Assembly: GCA_021806925.1 (NCBI GenBank)
Contig: JAKAPS010000004.1
Location: forward strand, 1,586 to 65,585
Length of the DNA stretch: 64,000 bases
Source of the DNA: a bacterium
GTDB lineage: Bacteria; Patescibacteriota; Dojkabacteria; JAKAPS01
Direction of reading: 5' to 3'
Shown: one piece after another, positions 51,312-60,850 of the stretch
How the letters are laid out: every line of letters starts with the position of its first letter
Numbering within the stretch: the first letter of the stretch is position 1
Position numbers and translations under genes: made by a program
The notes under the pieces: model-generated
Database searches by the model: none
What the model saw: only the letters and a program-made list of their open reading frames with translations
Told to the model about the DNA's origin: nothing

Positions 51312-51761
51312 TTAAAATGGAAGATCGTCTACATCTTCAATAATTGCATCAGCATCACTTAATGGAACTTGTGAATCATCAGGAATTTCATCAGCATATG
51401 AACCTGATGCATCACCTGATACTTTACCACCTGAAAGTAGAAGCATATCTGTTATTTTTATTTCGGTTCTATTTTTTGTTTCGCCATTTGCATCAGTATA
51501 CTGCCTGTATTTGATTGAACCTGTTACATATACCTTTGATCCCTTTTTCAAAATTTGCCCACAGATTTCTGCCAATTTATTCCAAGCAACAATATTATGA
51601 AATTCTGTACTTTGAACAGTCTCACTTTGTGCATTTTTCCATGCACTATTTGTTGCTAAACCGAAAGTAGCTACAGCTGCACCATTTGGTGTATATTTTA
51701 ATTGAGGGTCTCTTGTAAGATTACCAACTAATATAACCTGATTTATTGATCTTGTTGCCAT
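51312..51761 (-). CDS. ssb: Single-stranded DNA-binding protein
   Basis: NQVILVGNLTRDP, C-terminal DDLPF. Confidence 0.97.
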   Translation of the reverse strand: MATRSINQVILVGNLTRDPQLKYTPNGAAVATFGLATNSAWKNAQSETVQSTEFHNIVAWNKLAEICGQILKKGSKVYVTGSIKYRQYTDANGETKNRTEIKITDMLLLSGGKVSGDASGSYADEIPDDSQVPLSDADAIIEDVDDLPF

Positions 51762-51766
51762 TGTTT

Positions 51767-52162
51767 TTAATTGTTATTTATTAATGCTTCTTCATCACCT
51801 TTAAAAGTGACTTGATCGGCTGAATTTCCTTTAATGGAGGTCTTATTTTTATTGTTTTTATTATTGTTTTTGCTATTTTCTTCCTTAAGAATAATATATC
51901 TCAAAACATGTTCATCTAACATCATACGTCTCTTTAAAAGGGAAACTTTATCTGCATCAATTGAGAAATTTAGAACAAAATAGAAAGCCTCTGAGAATTT
52001 CTTTATCTTATATGCCAATGCTCTTTTCCCCCACATTGACTCTGAAATAACCTCTCCAGCTAGTTCATTTATTATGTAAGATTTTGTACCTTCTATCAAT
52101 TTCCTCCTTTGGTCTGCTGTAATATTTGCTTGAACAGCAACCATCATTTCATAAATCTTCAT
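51767..52162 (-). CDS. rpsF: 30S ribosomal protein S6
   Basis: YEMM, WGKRALAYKIKK, VLRY; rpsF-ssb-rpsR order. Confidence 0.95.
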   Translation of the reverse strand: MKIYEMMVAVQANITADQRRKLIEGTKSYIINELAGEVISESMWGKRALAYKIKKFSEAFYFVLNFSIDADKVSLLKRRMMLDEHVLRYIILKEENSKNNNKNNKNKTSIKGNSADQVTFKGDEEALINNN

Positions 52163-52367
52163 ACTTTTCCTACAGATGAAGATATCATAAATATTTAGTA
52201 AATGCAAGAGATAAGAATTATTTTAGAGTAATTAACTTTATACACATCTAAACTTACTGTAAATTTACAATTTATACTTACATATGTTTTATAGAATAAA
52301 CACAAAAAAAACATAAATAATTCACCCTTATATAATATACCCCTGTGTCTGTCTGTACTAGCCATAT

Positions 52368-53489
52368 TTATCCATGCTTTACAAGCACAATGTCACCATC
52401 ATTAACAACATAGTCTTTACCTTCAGACCTTACCAGTCCTTTCTCACGTGCCTTTTCAAAACCGCCTGCACTTATATAGTTTTCAAAGCTTACCACATCT
52501 AATTTTATAAATTTTTCCTCAAAATCAGTATGTATTACTCCTGAAGCTTTTGGAGCCTTCGTCCCTTTCTTTATTGTCCATGACCTTACTTCATCTAAAC
52601 CTTCAGTGAAAAATGATATAAGACCAAGTGAAGAATATACCTTGTGCACTAAGTTTGTAACTAAAGATTCTTTCATGCCATATAAACTCAACAACTCTTC
52701 TTTCTCTTTAATTGATGTAATACTGTTTAAGGAATTTTCGAACGATGCTGATATCTTTATATATTCATAAGGAAAATCAATTTTTAAATTATCATCAACC
52801 ATTCCCTTCTCATCCACATTAAGTATGTATATTCTTGGTTTTATGCATAATAGATTGAATTCCCTAACTAACTCTAAATCCTCTTCAGAAAGAACAGGAT
52901 CACTTGAAAGGGTTTCGATTTGTGACTTAATGTACTTTAATATATCAAGTTTTTTTTCTAACTCAGCAGATTTCTCAGTTTTCAGCCGCTTTTCAAGCTT
53001 TTGCATAAATCCATCAATATGCTCAAGATCTTTCAGGTATATTTCACATTTTAGAATTTCAAGATCTCTAACTGGGTTATTTACACTATTAACTAGACTT
53101 CCATTACCAGTATCATTATCTGCAACGCTGGTAACTGAATCGTCATTGAAGTATCTTAAAACGAAACATAATTCATCAACCTCTGCTATATTACCTAAAA
53201 ATTTATTACCTAATCCCGCACCAGTAGAAGCTCCTTTTACTAACCCTGCAATATCTCTAAATTCAATCATTGATTGAACTATCTTCTTTGTTCCAACCCC
53301 ATTATTCCCCTTCTTTATAACTTCGTTTATATCTTCAAGTCTCTTGTCAGTTACAAATAGAATTGCTGTATTTGGCTCTATTGTACAAAATGGATAATTC
53401 TCGGCAGGAACTCCAGCACCTGTTAGTGCATTAAATAAAGTTGATTTACCGGCATTAGGAAGACCTACAAATCCAGCACTTAACGACAT
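52368..53489 (-). CDS. ychF: Obg-family ATPase YchF
   Basis: GLPNAGKST, NYPFCTIEPN, DIAGLVKGAS, IHTDFE, EGKDYVV. Confidence 0.97.
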   Translation of the reverse strand: MSLSAGFVGLPNAGKSTLFNALTGAGVPAENYPFCTIEPNTAILFVTDKRLEDINEVIKKGNNGVGTKKIVQSMIEFRDIAGLVKGASTGAGLGNKFLGNIAEVDELCFVLRYFNDDSVTSVADNDTGNGSLVNSVNNPVRDLEILKCEIYLKDLEHIDGFMQKLEKRLKTEKSAELEKKLDILKYIKSQIETLSSDPVLSEEDLELVREFNLLCIKPRIYILNVDEKGMVDDNLKIDFPYEYIKISASFENSLNSITSIKEKEELLSLYGMKESLVTNLVHKVYSSLGLISFFTEGLDEVRSWTIKKGTKAPKASGVIHTDFEEKFIKLDVVSFENYISAGGFEKAREKGLVRSEGKDYVVNDGDIVLVKHG

Positions 53490-53613
53490 AAACTTACCTT
53501 TCTAATAAGATAAATATATTGTTTAAAAAGATTATACTTCACAAAAAGCTATATATTATTGCTAATATATACCATATTTATTTAACTTATACAAATAACT
53601 TCTACAAAAAAAG

Positions 53614-55110
53614 TTACTTTATTAATAATATATTTTCGTCCTTTATGAAGTCATTTACAGAATTAAGTTTATCCTCACTTGTAGAGTATATGCTGAAAGC
53701 AACATCTCCTTTATTTATGCTATCCCCTACATTCTTATAAAAATATATTCCTGCATCCTTATCATGAGGGCAACCAAGGGATAATGCTATCTGAATAGCT
53801 TTTTTATTATCTATTCCTACGATGCTTCCACTTGCACCTGAATGTATATCTATATATTTTGATTCAATAGAAATATCGCTCGAAGAAATACTTTCTGATC
53901 CTCCTTGCATTTTGCATATTCTTCTGAATTTTTGTAAAGCATTTAGACTTGTTAGAGTGTCCTTTGCCAATGAATAGCCGTTTTCAATACCTTTCACAGT
54001 GTTTATAAGTTGAGCTGCTACATTTAGAGACTCCTCTTCAAGCTGCATTGATCTTTTATCTGATTGCTCTAGAACATAAAGAGCTTCACGAATCTCAAGT
54101 TTTGCTCCTATTCCATTCCCGTCAATCCCCTTTGGCTCCCTTATATATGTATGTACTTTTATACCAAGTAACTCCCCTATTCTAACAAATCTATCACTTA
54201 TTTTCCTAGCATCATCAATATTCTTGACCTTTAAAGATTCCCCGCATGGAATATCTATTAACAAGGTATCAATACCTAATGCTACTTTTTTTGATAGTAT
54301 ACTAACAATATATTCACTATCATCTTCAACTCCTATTTGACTTACTATATGCATTATTTCATCGTCAAGAGGAACTATTCCTATACCGCCTATCCAAGCT
54401 AAGAATCCATTTTCATCATCTAAAAATTTCTGTAGTTTATCACCGCTATGGAATATTGACATTACTGATTCAAGAATATCACTGGTTCCTGCTGGAGTTG
54501 TTAGTGATCTTGATGATGTATTTGGCAGAGACATATCCAAACATGCACATATTGAAACTAGAATAGGAGTAATACCCTTACCTGCTACACCGCCTATTGA
54601 ATGTTTATCAACTATCGGAAATTTGCTAGTAAATTTATACCTCTTCCCAGTAGAAACCATTCCTTTGATGAAATAGACAATTTCATCATCACTAAATGTT
54701 GAATTGAAGAATGTTGAAACAAAAAACGTTTTTTCAACTTCATTCAATTTTTGATTCATAAAATCAGAAATTATACTTGTTATTTCATTTTCTGTTAAAT
54801 GACCCCCCTTAAGCTTTCTTCCAATAGCATTAACTGATTCAAGTGGAAGGTATGTATGGACATCAATACTATTCCCATCAATTAGTCCATATTTTTTAAT
54901 CATATTCAAAGGGAAAAAAAATCTGCTATTATCTGCATTTTTCATATCATCGATCTCAACTATTGAACCGAACTGTTCGCCTTTATATGAAAAAATTACT
55001 CCTCCTCCCTTTACTACACCTAATTTATCAGCTAATTCATTTGAAATATATACTCTGTTTATATTTTCTTCATCAATATCAATAACACCAACTATATATT
55101 TACTTACCAT
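53614..55110 (-). CDS. AMP phosphorylase/thymidine phosphorylase family protein
   Basis: N-terminal extension, DKHSIGGVAG, TSSRSLTTPAGTSD, SILSKK, DIPCG, DKDAGI. Confidence 0.88.
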   Translation of the reverse strand: MVSKYIVGVIDIDEENINRVYISNELADKLGVVKGGGVIFSYKGEQFGSIVEIDDMKNADNSRFFFPLNMIKKYGLIDGNSIDVHTYLPLESVNAIGRKLKGGHLTENEITSIISDFMNQKLNEVEKTFFVSTFFNSTFSDDEIVYFIKGMVSTGKRYKFTSKFPIVDKHSIGGVAGKGITPILVSICACLDMSLPNTSSRSLTTPAGTSDILESVMSIFHSGDKLQKFLDDENGFLAWIGGIGIVPLDDEIMHIVSQIGVEDDSEYIVSILSKKVALGIDTLLIDIPCGESLKVKNIDDARKISDRFVRIGELLGIKVHTYIREPKGIDGNGIGAKLEIREALYVLEQSDKRSMQLEEESLNVAAQLINTVKGIENGYSLAKDTLTSLNALQKFRRICKMQGGSESISSSDISIESKYIDIHSGASGSIVGIDNKKAIQIALSLGCPHDKDAGIYFYKNVGDSINKGDVAFSIYSTSEDKLNSVNDFIKDENILLIK

Positions 55111-56495
55111 AATTCATGAACTGTATTAAAATACGGTACTTCAACCTCATCAGCCATACCTTTCTCTTTTAAAGTTTCTGCAAATTGAAGTGATATGTCT
55201 TCATCACCATGCGTTACATATACTCTCTTGCCTATTTTACCGCCTTCCGCAGTACTCACCCAATTTAGTAAATCGTCTCTATCTCCATGAGCGCTAAATG
55301 ACCCCATTGTCCTTATTTCAGCATTGACTTTGACCTCTTCTCCGTATATAACCACGGATTTAGCTCCATCTTTAATCTCTCTACCTAGTGTTCCATTAGC
55401 TTGAAACCCTGGAAATATAACAGTATTCTTGGATAATGGCAGGTTCTTCTTCAAATATCCTAGTATCCTTCCGCCTGTACACATTCCAGATCCTGCAAGA
55501 ACAATATATGATTTTTTACTATCATGCTGTCCTTTCAGGGTATTTTTTGAAGCAATTTTCTTAGATTTTTGAGACATATTTACATATCTAAGATTATCTA
55601 CAAAGAATGGATTCTGCCCAGCTTCAAATATCTTCCTTGCATCTTCTCCAAACTCTTTAGGAAATTTCACAAAGACTTTAGTAACCTTACTTGCCATAGG
55701 AGAATCTAAATATATTGGTACATTTGGAATTCTATTTGCAATCTTCAATTTTCTTAATGTGTACAACAATTCCTGTGCTCTTTCAATTGAAAATGTCGGC
55801 ATTATTATATTTCCACCTCTTGATACAGTTTGTTTTATTGTATCAACAAATTCATTTTCACTTTCTTCTCTAGCCATATGTAAACTATTACCGTAGGTTG
55901 ATTCAATAACAAGGAAATCAACTTTTTTTGATATAGGGGTTATAAACTGAGATATACTTTGCCATTTACTTCCAACATCTCCAGAAAATATTACAGTCTT
56001 ATCTTCGATATCCATCACAATATATCCAGCACCTAATATATGCCCTGTATTCCTCAAAGAAAAATGAAAATCTTTCTCAAGCTCAATTACCTCACCAAAC
56101 TCAATTGTTTTACATTTTGAAAGAGATTCTACAACATCAGCGCTATTGTAAATTATTTTCTTCCCTGCGTTTATATTATCCTCCTTTTGTATTTTTGCAC
56201 TATCAAATGCAGTTATTTCAAAAATATCTTTACTAGGAGGTGTTAAATATATATTACCGCTAAACCCATGTTTAATAAGCTTTGGAATCAATCCGCAGTG
56301 GTCAAGATGAGAGTGCGTTAATATGAAGGTATTTATTTCTTTTGGATCAAAGAGAAAATCATCATAATTTCTATGCTCTAAATCCTCTTCTTGATAAGAA
56401 CCGCAATCAACCATTACCTTAAATCCATTATGGTCCAATATATAGCTACTTCCAGTAACTTCTCTATTAGCACCTAAAAATCTTATACTTGTCAT
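55104..56495 (-). CDS. MBL-fold beta-CASP ribonuclease
   Basis: GANREVTGS, THSHLDHCG, GHILG, ESTYG, SGMCTGGR, FSAHGD, THG. Confidence 0.93.
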   Translation of the reverse strand: MTSIRFLGANREVTGSSYILDHNGFKVMVDCGSYQEEDLEHRNYDDFLFDPKEINTFILTHSHLDHCGLIPKLIKHGFSGNIYLTPPSKDIFEITAFDSAKIQKEDNINAGKKIIYNSADVVESLSKCKTIEFGEVIELEKDFHFSLRNTGHILGAGYIVMDIEDKTVIFSGDVGSKWQSISQFITPISKKVDFLVIESTYGNSLHMAREESENEFVDTIKQTVSRGGNIIMPTFSIERAQELLYTLRKLKIANRIPNVPIYLDSPMASKVTKVFVKFPKEFGEDARKIFEAGQNPFFVDNLRYVNMSQKSKKIASKNTLKGQHDSKKSYIVLAGSGMCTGGRILGYLKKNLPLSKNTVIFPGFQANGTLGREIKDGAKSVVIYGEEVKVNAEIRTMGSFSAHGDRDDLLNWVSTAEGGKIGKRVYVTHGDEDISLQFAETLKEKGMADEVEVPYFNTVHELW

Positions 56496-56731
56496 AAATT
56501 CATTTTACACTATACCATAAAAATATATAAGGGAGAAGATAATTTGTATTGTAGCTTGCAATTATTAATAAAACACATAAAAGAATCTATTTTCAATACA
56601 GAAATATTTGAAATATTAGTAATATAATATCTTTCCATTTTGAAATTTCCATTTTCACAATATGTGAATTAGTAACTATTTCTAATTCACCACATCTCTT
56701 TTAACAAACTATTCTAATATATATTGGAAAC

Positions 56732-56769
56732 AAAAATACTTGACACAAAACTTGACAGAAGGCTTGACA
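56732..56769 (+). repeat. 38-bp direct repeat, copy 1 (three CTTGACA at 12-bp period)
   Basis: Matches 57880..57917 with one mismatch. Confidence 0.92.
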
Positions 56770-56791
56770 GAAATATATACTGACAATACAA

Positions 56792-57805
56792 ATGTTTTTA
56801 CCTAAATATGAATATACAAACACAATTATATCCAACACGAATACAATAGAAAGACTTTATGGACAATTGGAAAGTATACATATTCCAAAGAATTTAATGC
56901 TCAATCTTCAAAATGAGAATATAATCACATCAACATATTCATCAAACAAAATTGAAGGCAATCCGTTAACCCATTTGGAAGTAACAAATTTGTTATTAGG
57001 TGAAAGAGTCCCAGTAAACAGAGCAGAAAAAGAAATAACTAATTATTTCGATATTTTGAAAAGTATCAACAAAAGTATTGATAAAGAGATTAATATTCAA
57101 CTTATGCTTGAATTTCATAATAAGTTGTTAACAGGTATAAATGATGAGATAAAAGGTAAGATAAGAAATGTCGAAGTTGTTGTTGGGAGATTTGATGAGA
57201 ATTCTCAATTAATAGCAAGACATATACCTCCATTCTCTACAAGAGATAAAATATCAGAGACACTTAATGACTTGTTTTCATGGGTCAATACAGAAAATGA
57301 TATTGTTAAAGTACTAAAAATCGGTATATTTCATCATCAATTTGAATATATACATCCTTTTGAAGATGGCAATGGTAGAATAGGTAGATTACTTTCATCA
57401 TTGCTTTTCCTAAAATACAATTACGCAATAAACAAGTATTTCATACTTGATGACTATTATGATATTGATAAGATTGAATATTCAAATAAATTACATTCTG
57501 CAGATTTTGGTGATGAGACTAAATGGCTTGAATACTTCACAAATGGTATAATTTATTCACTACAATCATCAATAGATAAATTAAATAAAGGATTATCAAA
57601 GTTATCAATTTCATTAAGACCAACAAAGAAGGAAGAAGAAGTTTTGCATCTTATTCAAAAGTACCATGAAATAACTTCACAAAATATATCATCAGAAATG
57701 GGAATTTCAAGACAACAAGCATTCAATCTTCTTAAATCTCTTACAGAGAAAGGATATATTGAAAGAAGAAATAAATCTAAGAATACATATTATGTCCTCT
57801 TATAG
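56792..57805 (+). CDS. Fic-domain protein with C-terminal winged HTH
   Basis: HPFEDGNGRIGR; SNKIEG inhibitory motif; ISRQQAFNLLKSL helix. Confidence 0.93.
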   Translation: MFLPKYEYTNTIISNTNTIERLYGQLESIHIPKNLMLNLQNENIITSTYSSNKIEGNPLTHLEVTNLLLGERVPVNRAEKEITNYFDILKSINKSIDKEINIQLMLEFHNKLLTGINDEIKGKIRNVEVVVGRFDENSQLIARHIPPFSTRDKISETLNDLFSWVNTENDIVKVLKIGIFHHQFEYIHPFEDGNGRIGRLLSSLLFLKYNYAINKYFILDDYYDIDKIEYSNKLHSADFGDETKWLEYFTNGIIYSLQSSIDKLNKGLSKLSISLRPTKKEEEVLHLIQKYHEITSQNISSEMGISRQQAFNLLKSLTEKGYIERRNKSKNTYYVLL

Positions 57806-57879
57806 CGAAGTTAAAAAGTTGCATAATATATACTACCCTAACATATATAAACTCTAATCATGTTATTTATTAATGTATT

Positions 57880-57917
57880 AAAAATACTTGACACAAAACT
57901 TGACAGAAAGCTTGACA
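57880..57917 (+). repeat. 38-bp direct repeat, copy 2
   Basis: AAAAATACTTGACACAAAACTTGACAGAAAGCTTGACA. Confidence 0.92.
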
Positions 57918-57932
57918 AAAGATTGCTATAAA

Positions 57933-59276
57933 TCACACTTGTCTTACCTTTGATTTTGAGCATACTAATTTAATTAGTTCTTCTCTTGTATTTAATTCCG
58001 GATCTTCTAGAACCTTAGATAGAAGCGTTTCAAGTTCCTCCCCTATTTCCTTTCCACTATAGCCAAGCTGTTTTAAGTCGTCTCCATTAATTGCAAGATC
58101 TTTTCTTGTTAATACATTACTCTTTCTTTTTACTTCTTCTATTCTTTTCTTAAATGATAAAAGATTATCATATGTTGTATTAAGAGGGTTTGACTTTATA
58201 TCTGCTTCTCTTAGTAGAAATAGCTCATTCAGGAAATCCTCTGATGGTATTTTTGAAAGAAATCTTCTTACACTAGAATCCTTCCAATCCTCAGAATAAT
58301 TGAACATATGCATCTTTATTAAAAGGATTATTTTCAAAATATCCTTTTTAGGGAATTTCAATCTCTTTAATATATCTTTAGCCATATCGCTTCCAACTAT
58401 CTCATGTGAATAGAAATGCTCCCCCTCTTTGGTTCTTGGTTTACCAATATCATGAAGTAGAGATACAAGCCTTACATCTTTTTGCGCCTTATCACACGAA
58501 TGTATAAGGTGCATATATACAGTTTCTGTATGGAATTTGTTCTGTTCAATATGAATTCCCTCAAGAAGTTCAGGCATAATTACCTCCAATATACCTGACT
58601 CCCTTAATAACTCAATTCCATAACTTGGAATTGGTGAATCGTTCAATATTTTTATAAGTTCATCCCTTATTCTTTCTACTGAGATTTTTAATATATCCTT
58701 TGCAAAATATTTTATTGCATCAAATGTATCACTATCAATTGAAAATTCAAGAATAGAAGCAAAACGTACTGCTCTCATACTTCTTAAATAGTCCTCAAGC
58801 ATTCTTTCCTTTGGGTTACCAGTTGCCTTAACTAACTTCTTTTGTATATCATCTACACCTCCATAGAGATCTATAACCTTATCCAAGTTATTTTTAACAT
58901 ATTCCTCAATAGTTTTGTAATTGCCAAAATCATCCCCAATTTCAAGTGCCATTGAATTTATTGTAAAATCTCTACGCTTCAAATCATCATATATATTGTC
59001 TGAATATGAAACATCATCGGGGTGTCTTGAATCTGAATAAACCCTATCGGATCTAAAGGTAGTTATTTGAATATTATCTACGACAATCGTACCAAACTTT
59101 GCCCCAACATCATTTGCTTTAGGGAATATTTCCATCAACTCATCTGGATGAGCTGAAGTAGCTAAATCAATATCATGAGTAGCTCTTCCTATTATTGAAT
59201 CTCTAATATATCCGCCTACAACATACAAACTAAATCCGTTTTGTTTGAGAGCAGAGATAATATTGTCCATCTTCAA
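57933..59276 (-). CDS. cca: CCA tRNA nucleotidyltransferase with HD domain
   Basis: VGGYIRD, DIDLAT, RRDFTINSM, EDYLR, SVERI, LHDIGKP. Confidence 0.9.
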   Translation of the reverse strand: MKMDNIISALKQNGFSLYVVGGYIRDSIIGRATHDIDLATSAHPDELMEIFPKANDVGAKFGTIVVDNIQITTFRSDRVYSDSRHPDDVSYSDNIYDDLKRRDFTINSMALEIGDDFGNYKTIEEYVKNNLDKVIDLYGGVDDIQKKLVKATGNPKERMLEDYLRSMRAVRFASILEFSIDSDTFDAIKYFAKDILKISVERIRDELIKILNDSPIPSYGIELLRESGILEVIMPELLEGIHIEQNKFHTETVYMHLIHSCDKAQKDVRLVSLLHDIGKPRTKEGEHFYSHEIVGSDMAKDILKRLKFPKKDILKIILLIKMHMFNYSEDWKDSSVRRFLSKIPSEDFLNELFLLREADIKSNPLNTTYDNLLSFKKRIEEVKRKSNVLTRKDLAINGDDLKQLGYSGKEIGEELETLLSKVLEDPELNTREELIKLVCSKSKVRQV

Positions 59277-59301
59277 TTCCTAGTATATTATACAACAATT
59301 T

Positions 59302-59377
59302 ATATACAAACATTAATTTATTTAAGAATATAGCAACTTCTGTTATTTTTCATATCAATTACCTCAAATCCTTTTTC
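59302..59377. repeat. 76-bp exact copy of cysS 3' end and trailer
   Basis: Identical to 60835..60910. Confidence 0.95.
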
Positions 59378-59534
59378 GATTGATAACTTAAAGAGTAATC
59401 TTAAAAAAGAGACTACTTTGAAATATATTCAGAAAATAGGAATTTGAGTAATCAGATGCAGATATCACTTCATTTAATCGACAAATTGTAATATACACTT
59501 GACAAATTAACCCCTTATTTTGTAAAGTATACCT

Positions 59535-60712
59535 ATGTATATACACCGCTTTGTAGAAAAATCATTAGAAAACCTTTTAAGGGATCCAAAATTTTTATTC
59601 TCCTTGGGGCACGTCAAGTAGGGAAAACCACCCTTATTGAACCCTTAGTTCGAAAGAGAATTGGATTATTACTCAACTGCGATATTGATATTGATAAATC
59701 AAGATTGTTAGCTTCTAGTTCGCTACACCCCTTTGAAGCTATGAAATTTTTTGGTAATCCAAAACTTCTAGTCATTGATGAAGCACAAAACTTACCAGAA
59801 ATTGGAAGAATTGTAAAAGGTTGGTATGATGCTCGTGTTACTACAAAGATAATACTACTTGGGTCATCAAGCCTTAATTTATTAGACCTTACTGCAGAAC
59901 CTCTTACTGGAAGAAATGAAAAAATCTATTTAACACCACTGTTGTTTAGTGAAATTCTCAAGAATCAATCATGGCTTACTCCAGAAGTAACAAAATCGAT
60001 TCTTGAAGAACAATTTAAAGATCAAATTCAAACCTTGCTTTTACAACAAATGGTATATGGTAGCTATCCGGAAGCAATTACAACAGTTGATAAAGAGAGG
60101 TATCTACTAAATTTGACATCCGATTATTTACTCAAAGACGTCTTACAAAACGGACTGGTAAAATCTCCTGAGCCAGTAAAAAAACTTTTATCTATGATTG
60201 CATATCAAGCAGGAAATGAAGTATCTATTAATGAACTTGCTATGAATTTACACACCTCTAGACAAACAATAGAGCGATATATAGAACTACTTGAAAGGTC
60301 GTATGTAATTTTTAAAGTACATGCATTTAGTACAAACCAACGAAAGGAAATTGTTAAAAACTCAAAAATATTCTTTTGGGATACAGGTGTACGTAATGCA
60401 CTTCTTAAAGAATTTTCTCTTTCACCGTTCAGGTCTGATATAGGTTCACTGTTTGAAAACTGGGTTGTTTCAGAAGTAGCCAAACTTAATTTAATAAAAG
60501 GAGATAAAAATAATATTTACTTCTGGCGCAAAAGAGATGGCAGTGAAGTGGACTTAATTGTAAAAGGAACAAATACATTCAAGGCATATGAAATGAAGTG
60601 GTCAAAACTAAACATAACACAATCAGCAAAAAGTTTTTCTAATACCTACAATATACCAGTTAAAGTTATCACAAAAGATACAATACTGGACTTGTTGTGG
60701 GAAGAAAAATAG
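59535..60712 (+). pseudogene. AAA+ ATPase (AAA_14 + DUF4143 type), frameshifted near codon 19
   Basis: MYIHRFVEK start frame stops at codon 29; GARQVGKTT, IDEAQ, GSS, DTG, FEN and EVDL are in the -1 frame. Confidence 0.8.
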
Positions 60713-60850
60713 AGCTCCTAGATATATTTACAGATATAAGAAAAATTATTCAGTAATATAACAGATGGCTTATTTTCCTTTTTGTATATACAGTTGTGAT
60801 ACTATTCCATAACGCATATTTAATATTTATACAAATATACAAACATTAAT

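Noticed and set aside
56732-57917. CRISPR array or replication iterons
   Set aside because: Only two 38-bp copies 1.1 kb apart, no spacers, no cas or rep gene
59581-59600. Programmed -1 frameshift in the AAA ATPase
   Set aside because: CCA AAA TTT TTA is not an in-frame X XXY YYZ heptamer; a single-base loss or sequencing error is simpler
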